Below are positions 58,204-64,000 of a stretch of 64,000 nucleotides of DNA, piece by piece. The translations under genes were made by a program, and so were the position numbers. This stretch comes from Verrucomicrobiia bacterium (GTDB lineage: Bacteria > Verrucomicrobiota > Verrucomicrobiia > Limisphaerales > UBA1319). The stretch is from the NCBI GenBank assembly GCA_963664225.1, contig OY760937.1, positions 1,024,001 through 1,088,000 of the forward strand, read 5' to 3'. Positions within the stretch are counted from its first letter, which is position 1. Each line of letters starts with the position of its first letter. The notes below the pieces were generated by a model. That model saw only the letters and a list, made by a program, of their open reading frames with translations, was not told the DNA's origin and did no database searches.

Positions 58204-61200
58204 ATTGAATTTGAGCCAGGCAGTCCCCACGATGCCCGCTGGGATCGCGAAAAGCGGATGGAAGGGGATGAGGGAAACCCATGCCTCACGCGGTGTGGCG
58301 CTGGTCGTCACGCTGATCATGCTTTCGGTGGTGACCTTCATGGCCGTCACCTTCCTGGCGCTGAGCCGGCGCGAGAGAGCGTCGGTGGCGGTGACCGTGG
58401 ATCAAACGACGGCAAATTTGATGGCGGACGCCGCGCTGGCCCGGGTGCAGGCCGAGGCGGTGTCAAGAATCATGGCACGGACCAATATGAGCGCTTATGA
58501 GTTCATGGTCTCCACGAATTTCATCAATCCGCGCGGGTTCATTCCGAACAACTTCACTCCCACCAATGTGGCCTTCAGGGAAAGCTCCGGCGCGCCTCTC
58601 ACGCCTAATGATATGCGGGTCGTTCTCAAGAACCTGCTGTTCGATCCGCGCGCACCGGTTTTTGTGGTGACACAGGCGAATACCCGGCCGGATTTTCGCT
58701 ACTATCTTGATTTGAACCGGAACGGGACCAATGAAGCCAATGGATCGCTGCCTGTATATGGGAGCGACGGCAAATACCTGGGATACAGTAATGTATTTGT
58801 AGGCGATCCCGAGTGGATCGGGGTGCTTGAATACCCCAACCTGCCGCATTCGGCCACAAACCGGTTCATCGGCCGGTATGCCTTCATGGCGCTGCCCATG
58901 GGCAAGAGTCTGGACCTGAATTTCATGTATAATCAGGCCAAACAGATCCGCCCGGCATGGGATGGTTACATGCGCAACCAGGGCGTGGGTTCCTGGGAGC
59001 TGAACCTGGCGGCGTTTCTGACTGATCTGAATCCGAACTTCTGGCCCAGCAACGGACCGGCGGGGAATCCCAATTATTTTTATAATACCAATTTTGGGGC
59101 CGCCAGCAGCGGGGCCGGTTTTTCCAACGCGCTGACCATTCTGCAATACCGTTACCGGACCAATTACAACAATCTGGCGAGTATCCAGACTTTGTATGGG
59201 ACGGCCGGAGCGAACGCCATCCACACGAATCAGGTGGATGATTATTCGGATGGGCCTTACATGACGTCCACCCTGGCGTTGACCAACGAGCCAAATTCGC
59301 TCAATCAACCTGGCCGGCCTGGAACAGATGATCCGATGCTTCCATGGTCTGGCAGCGATGCGCCGCAGATGTATTACGATGTGCAGGAGTTGTTCGATGG
59401 GAACAAGACTTCGGCGGATTTCACCAATCGTTTGTTGAGCGGTTCAATGGCAGGACCGGGGCGATCCACCATGGATCGTTACACTTTTTACAGAATGGTC
59501 AGTCAGTTGGGGGTGGATTCAGATCTGAATTTGGGAAAAATCAATCTCAACTACGATAATTACAATCCGCTGACGAAGACGTTTGGCGAGGCGACGAACT
59601 TCTTGAACTGGAGGGGGAGCAATTTCTTTAATCTGGCGGCGGACCGGATGATAAAACAAGAAGCGCGGCTTTTTCAAAATTTCCCCAATTCCATCACAAA
59701 TATCTGCGTGTATCCACCAGCCAATAATCAATACACGCCTGCGGTGCATCGGCTATTGCAGTTGGCCGCCAATATTTATTGCACTGCCGGAGCCACGAAC
59801 GAGCTGTCCTCCATTCCCAATACACCCGCGCTGCCCGCGGTGTTTCGTCCGATATTCAGGGTGAATAATGGACGGGTGTTCATTAACGGGTATGTCGAAG
59901 AGCGAGGCACCAATTTCATTGCCAACCGTTGGTATGACTTGAACGTGCCAAACCCGGCTCCGGCGCTGGCGCTATTGAGCGCAAACTCAGCGAACGCCAA
60001 CATCTATGGAGTTCCCCTTGTGATCGGCGTGAAGAAGGGATATCCGAATTTCAATGAATGTGCGATGCGCACAGTGATGGAAGTGACCCGGAAGATCGAT
60101 GTCTCGAGGCCGACGACCTTCGCGCGGCCTAATTCGACCAATGTGATGTTTATTCTGGGGGTGTCGAACATCTTCGCCGTTGAGACATGGAATTCCTACA
60201 GCAAGGCGTTTCAGCGTCCGTTGGAAATTCGCGTGACCAATTCGGTGTTCATGTATCTGACCAATAACGCCGGATGGGGTTATAACCACGGGCCGGGATT
60301 CCAAGCTGTGCTGAGGACGAATTTCTATAGAGGCAACTGGTTCAGCAACCAGTTCCTGGTCATCACCAATACGGCAATCTCCAACTCCATTTTCCTGAGC
60401 AACTCGATCGTCAATGGGAGTTTGCTGCGACCCCTCAATCCGGCCTTTTTCGTGCCACCCGCAGTATTGACGAATGTGATCAATCCCTCCAACCACATCT
60501 GGATGGTTGCCACCAATCGGATGCAATATATGGCGATCGACCGTTCTTCGGGGAGGGTGATCGATTTTGTGAATCTGGACAACCTGGCGGTGCAAGTGGA
60601 CATCACGGGGTTATTGCTTGGCAATGCGAATATGCAGGAAACCAATGATTCGGTTTCCAGGCTGGTATGGAATGCAAAGGACGGCATCACCAATCAAATC
60701 CAAATATCCCTTGGAAATACCAAAGTGGATGAAACGTCCTGGAGCAGCGCTTCCAAGAATGCGATCACCGGCGATGACAAGAATAAGAGCATCGATCGAT
60801 TTAGGGTATTTGTTGGATTGGACCCGGTGATCTATAAGAAAGTCGATTTGCAGCAGGAACTCCGGCAGACCCTGACGATGCAGGCGCCATTAACTCCCAG
60901 TCGGCGGGTGGCCTACACGGTCTCATTGCAGGCCAACGATCCCCTGGTGCATTACACGCTTGGCGATCTCTATGACCAGATGATCACCAACCAGGTTGAC
61001 ACCATCAAACCCACCGGCGGGCCGCTGCCGGCGAACAACATCGGTTTTCGCAATCGCAGGTACCAACCATGGGGTGGCAATCCGGATGTGTCCGGGGATA
61101 CCAATAAGTTCAATCTTGCCATAAAGGATCCCATGGTGAAGACCTCGGACGATTGGGATTTTCCGACGAACAAATTCCCGAGCATTGGATGGCTGGGCCG

Positions 61201-61945
61201 GGTGCATCGCGGAACGCCCTGGCAGACGGCGTATTTGAAATCCGAGGTGGCCGAGACCAACGCCTGGAGGTTGTGGTCCGGGCATTATTTCACGCATCCA
61301 ACCAACGACTGGAGTTTGCTCGAGTTGTTCACTACCGCTGTGTCGGCAAATGCTTCGCGGGGCCTTCTCTCAGTCAACCAGACCAACCTGGCCGCCTGGT
61401 CGGCGGTGTTGAGCGGGGTCATGGTGATGTCGAACACCAGTCCAAACGCAAATCCGCCCAACAATGTCAGCGTGGCGATCATTCAGCCCAACTCGCGCGA
61501 ATTGCAGACCATCGTGGAGGGCATCAACCGGACGCGAAGTTCGATGTCGAACGGCGTATTCAACCATCTGGGCGAGTTTCTCGCGACACCTGAACTCTCC
61601 TTTAATTCGAGGTCCGGGCGAATCTCCCCATACTTGACGAATATTTTAAGTCTGTATTACAGACAACCTGAGAGCGTCAAGGTGTCCGACCAGGTTTTTG
61701 AACGCATCCCGGAGATGATTTTGGGTCTCGTGCGTGAGGATCATCCGGGGTACGTGGTCTATACTTATGGGCAGGCGCTGGTTCCGGCGCCCCAATCCCT
61801 CGTCCTGTCCGGACCGGATCGCGGGTTGTGCACGAACTATACGGTGGTGAGCGAGTCCGCCTCCAAGCATGTGATGCGCATCGATGGGACGGCCACCAAA
61901 CCGGTCGTGGTGCCGGAACGGTTCCAATACATACCCAATGACTGA
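58193..61945 (+). CDS. Large GspK/PilX-like tip pilin (cassette A-like), rich in Asn and Thr
   Basis: RG|VALVVTLIMLSVV (no Glu5, as in GspK/PilX); GRYAF, KINLN, LSVNQTNLAAWSAVL. Confidence 0.75.
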   Translation: MNGKLNLSQAVPTMPAGIAKSGWKGMRETHASRGVALVVTLIMLSVVTFMAVTFLALSRRERASVAVTVDQTTANLMADAALARVQAEAVSRIMARTNMSAYEFMVSTNFINPRGFIPNNFTPTNVAFRESSGAPLTPNDMRVVLKNLLFDPRAPVFVVTQANTRPDFRYYLDLNRNGTNEANGSLPVYGSDGKYLGYSNVFVGDPEWIGVLEYPNLPHSATNRFIGRYAFMALPMGKSLDLNFMYNQAKQIRPAWDGYMRNQGVGSWELNLAAFLTDLNPNFWPSNGPAGNPNYFYNTNFGAASSGAGFSNALTILQYRYRTNYNNLASIQTLYGTAGANAIHTNQVDDYSDGPYMTSTLALTNEPNSLNQPGRPGTDDPMLPWSGSDAPQMYYDVQELFDGNKTSADFTNRLLSGSMAGPGRSTMDRYTFYRMVSQLGVDSDLNLGKINLNYDNYNPLTKTFGEATNFLNWRGSNFFNLAADRMIKQEARLFQNFPNSITNICVYPPANNQYTPAVHRLLQLAANIYCTAGATNELSSIPNTPALPAVFRPIFRVNNGRVFINGYVEERGTNFIANRWYDLNVPNPAPALALLSANSANANIYGVPLVIGVKKGYPNFNECAMRTVMEVTRKIDVSRPTTFARPNSTNVMFILGVSNIFAVETWNSYSKAFQRPLEIRVTNSVFMYLTNNAGWGYNHGPGFQAVLRTNFYRGNWFSNQFLVITNTAISNSIFLSNSIVNGSLLRPLNPAFFVPPAVLTNVINPSNHIWMVATNRMQYMAIDRSSGRVIDFVNLDNLAVQVDITGLLLGNANMQETNDSVSRLVWNAKDGITNQIQISLGNTKVDETSWSSASKNAITGDDKNKSIDRFRVFVGLDPVIYKKVDLQQELRQTLTMQAPLTPSRRVAYTVSLQANDPLVHYTLGDLYDQMITNQVDTIKPTGGPLPANNIGFRNRRYQPWGGNPDVSGDTNKFNLAIKDPMVKTSDDWDFPTNKFPSIGWLGRVHRGTPWQTAYLKSEVAETNAWRLWSGHYFTHPTNDWSLLELFTTAVSANASRGLLSVNQTNLAAWSAVLSGVMVMSNTSPNANPPNNVSVAIIQPNSRELQTIVEGINRTRSSMSNGVFNHLGEFLATPELSFNSRSGRISPYLTNILSLYYRQPESVKVSDQVFERIPEMILGLVREDHPGYVVYTYGQALVPAPQSLVLSGPDRGLCTNYTVVSESASKHVMRIDGTATKPVVVPERFQYIPND

Positions 61946-62087
61946 GCCATCCCGTGCAGAGGGCAAGAGTGTAGTGAAGACGGGATAAACGGGATGGAAA
62001 TGGCGGAGAGGGGTTGAGTCGCGGCCGATGCGACAGGGGCCTTTTGAATAATTTTGTCAAAGCATTGAATTTTAGAAGAATCTGGTT

Positions 62088-63998
62088 ATGCGTATAAAAA
62101 CTCGCACTTGGTGTCTGATCAGCTTGCTGCTGTTCGTTGCTGCCGGTGTCTGCTGGTGGTTGGGCAATCTTCAGCAGGACCGCCATGCGGCTGCCTCGTC
62201 GAATGCGGCGGCGACCAATACCCCCGCGACGGTGACCACCGCATCGAACGCCACGCCGGCAATCGCGTTGCTGACCGGAAGCGGCACGAATGCAACCTCC
62301 CGTAACAGCGCGGAATCCCGCGCGGGCCGGTTGACCAACACCACCAAAAAATTGTCGGAACTTACACGGACCGAAACTGCGATCTTATTGCGCAACGCGT
62401 TCCTGGATACCGCCGAAACTGGCGTGCCCCAAATTCCCGAGTCGCTGCGCAGTCAGGGTGATCCCGGAAGTTACATCGTGCAGAGCCGGGGAGCGATCAA
62501 CGACGCGTTCCGTGCGGAATTGCAAACGGCTCATGCCTCGATTGTTTCGTACATTCCAAACAATGCCTATCTGGTGGAAGCCGATCCGTCCGCAGCCCGG
62601 GCGTTGACGGGCGCGGCCGGTGTCAGCGCCGTGCTGCCGTTCGAACCATATTACAAACTTGATCCCAAGCTCCTTGCGCTGGTTCTGGAGAATCAGGCTA
62701 TGAGCGATGATGCGCGGTTGCAGGTGACTTTGCTGCCCAATGGCGCAGAGGCGGGGAAGCTGGCCCTGGAGGGACTCGGCATCAAGATACTCAGCGAGAC
62801 GCGCACACCATTCGGGCCATCGGTGACGGTGCAGCCCAAGGCGGACAGCCTGGTGGCGATAGCCCAACTCAAGCAGGTGCAAGGCGTGGAGCCAGTCTAT
62901 CACCGCGTGCTGGCCAACGATATTACACGCTATGTGGCGGCGGTTTCCGAAAGTTCCACCAATGCCACCAACTACCTCGGGTTGACCGGCACGAATGTAT
63001 TGGTGAATGTGAACGACTCGGGCATCGATGCCACGCATCCGGATTTGAAGGATCGGGTGTTTTCAGTCAATCCGGCGTATTTGACCGATCCGGATGGCCA
63101 CGGCACGCATGTGGCGGGAATCATCGCGAGCAGCGGGAGCAAGTCGAGCACGGTGACCAACGCGATTGGATCGGTGACGAACGCGGACTTTCGCGGGATG
63201 GCCCCGGGCGCAGAGCTTTTTATCCTGCCTGTGGATATTCTGACCGGGCCGATCAGTTCCGATGTTTACCTTCTGGAAACTGCGGCCAGCACCAACGCCT
63301 TTATCTCCAATAACAGTTGGGTCTATGACGGATCCACAGAGTATGATATTTCGGCGTCAAGTTATGACGCGGCGGTGCGTGACGCGTTGCCTGGGAAGTC
63401 AGGGGAGCAACCGCTTCTGATTGTTTTTGCGGCGGGCAATCATGGCGGTGGCGCCGTGGATGGCACCGGTGGCGAACCCGATACCATTCGGTCTCCGGCC
63501 ACGGCGAAAAATGTGATCACGGTTGGCGCATTGGATCATTTCCGCAACATCACCAATGAGGCCTGGATGCCCGATGAATTTGGAAACAAGGTCACCAACG
63601 CATGGTTCCTGGGGGATACGGACAGCGACGACCAGGTGGCCTCTTATTCGAGCCGGGGCAATGTGGGCGTGGGAACGGAAGGGGATAATGGACGGTTCAA
63701 GCCTGACGTGATCGCGCCGGGTTCCTATCTGGTTTCAACGCGCGCGACGGGCTGGCTGATGGATACCAATCCACCCAAAGCCATCAATAACCAATTTTTC
63801 AATCAGGAAAGCGTTCCTGGCTTGCTGAATGACTATTCCATATATGTCCCGGACACCGCCTCGCGACTGATATTGCAAGTAACCCCATCGTTTGGGTTTT
63901 CCAATGCGTTTCCGGGCCTGCCCATCTACGTGCGGCACGGGGATTTTCCCGATGCGAATACGTATGACGTGGTGGGCACCAACCAGGTGGAATTGCCC
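62088..63998 (+). CDS. Secreted/anchored S8 subtilase-family serine peptidase, 3'-truncated by the window (absent from the ORF track)
   Basis: Hand translation MRIKTRTWCLISLLLF...; VNVNDSGIDATHPDL (Asp), DGHGTHVAGII (His), FAAGN, KPDVIAPG. Confidence 0.85.
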   Translation, partial: MRIKTRTWCLISLLLFVAAGVCWWLGNLQQDRHAAASSNAAATNTPATVTTASNATPAIALLTGSGTNATSRNSAESRAGRLTNTTKKLSELTRTETAILLRNAFLDTAETGVPQIPESLRSQGDPGSYIVQSRGAINDAFRAELQTAHASIVSYIPNNAYLVEADPSAARALTGAAGVSAVLPFEPYYKLDPKLLALVLENQAMSDDARLQVTLLPNGAEAGKLALEGLGIKILSETRTPFGPSVTVQPKADSLVAIAQLKQVQGVEPVYHRVLANDITRYVAAVSESSTNATNYLGLTGTNVLVNVNDSGIDATHPDLKDRVFSVNPAYLTDPDGHGTHVAGIIASSGSKSSTVTNAIGSVTNADFRGMAPGAELFILPVDILTGPISSDVYLLETAASTNAFISNNSWVYDGSTEYDISASSYDAAVRDALPGKSGEQPLLIVFAAGNHGGGAVDGTGGEPDTIRSPATAKNVITVGALDHFRNITNEAWMPDEFGNKVTNAWFLGDTDSDDQVASYSSRGNVGVGTEGDNGRFKPDVIAPGSYLVSTRATGWLMDTNPPKAINNQFFNQESVPGLLNDYSIYVPDTASRLILQVTPSFGFSNAFPGLPIYVRHGDFPDANTYDVVGTNQVELP

Positions 63999-64000
63999 CG

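Noticed and set aside
1..64000. Numerous 60-330 aa antisense or alternate-frame ORFs in the track (e.g. 38273-39214, 44105-45031, 46838-47824)
   Set aside because: Shadow ORFs of well-supported genes, expected in GC-rich DNA and without motifs

Overview
GC-rich bacterial chromosomal window. Gene content and protein style point to Verrucomicrobiota, probably Pedosphaerales/Limisphaerales (inference). The backbone carries peptide ABC ATPases, namZ, a photolyase, miaB, a moxR/DUF58/transglutaminase triad, yicC-gmk, a GDP-sugar and glycosylation cluster (GT2, flippase, FucU/RbsD, GDP-mannose 3,5-epimerase-like, Fkp-like, ManC, phosphomannomutase, NUDIX), hisH, a BrnT/CopG pair and a six-gene pseudopilin cassette followed by a subtilase. 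The main accessory feature is a sharply AT-rich ~6.6 kb integrative element (20983-27588) between the divergent moxR and yicC genes. It is bounded by a TGCCTGA(a/t)TTG direct repeat whose inner flanks reconstitute an inverted-repeat attP. It encodes a large serine recombinase, a compact winged-helix plus family-A/T7-like polymerase protein, small DNA-binding ORFs, orphan cargo and a candidate two-hairpin small RNA. A second signal is strong, directional Thr-Asn dipeptide enrichment in most exported proteins but not in cytoplasmic ones. All calls come from motif reading by eye; no database searches were run.
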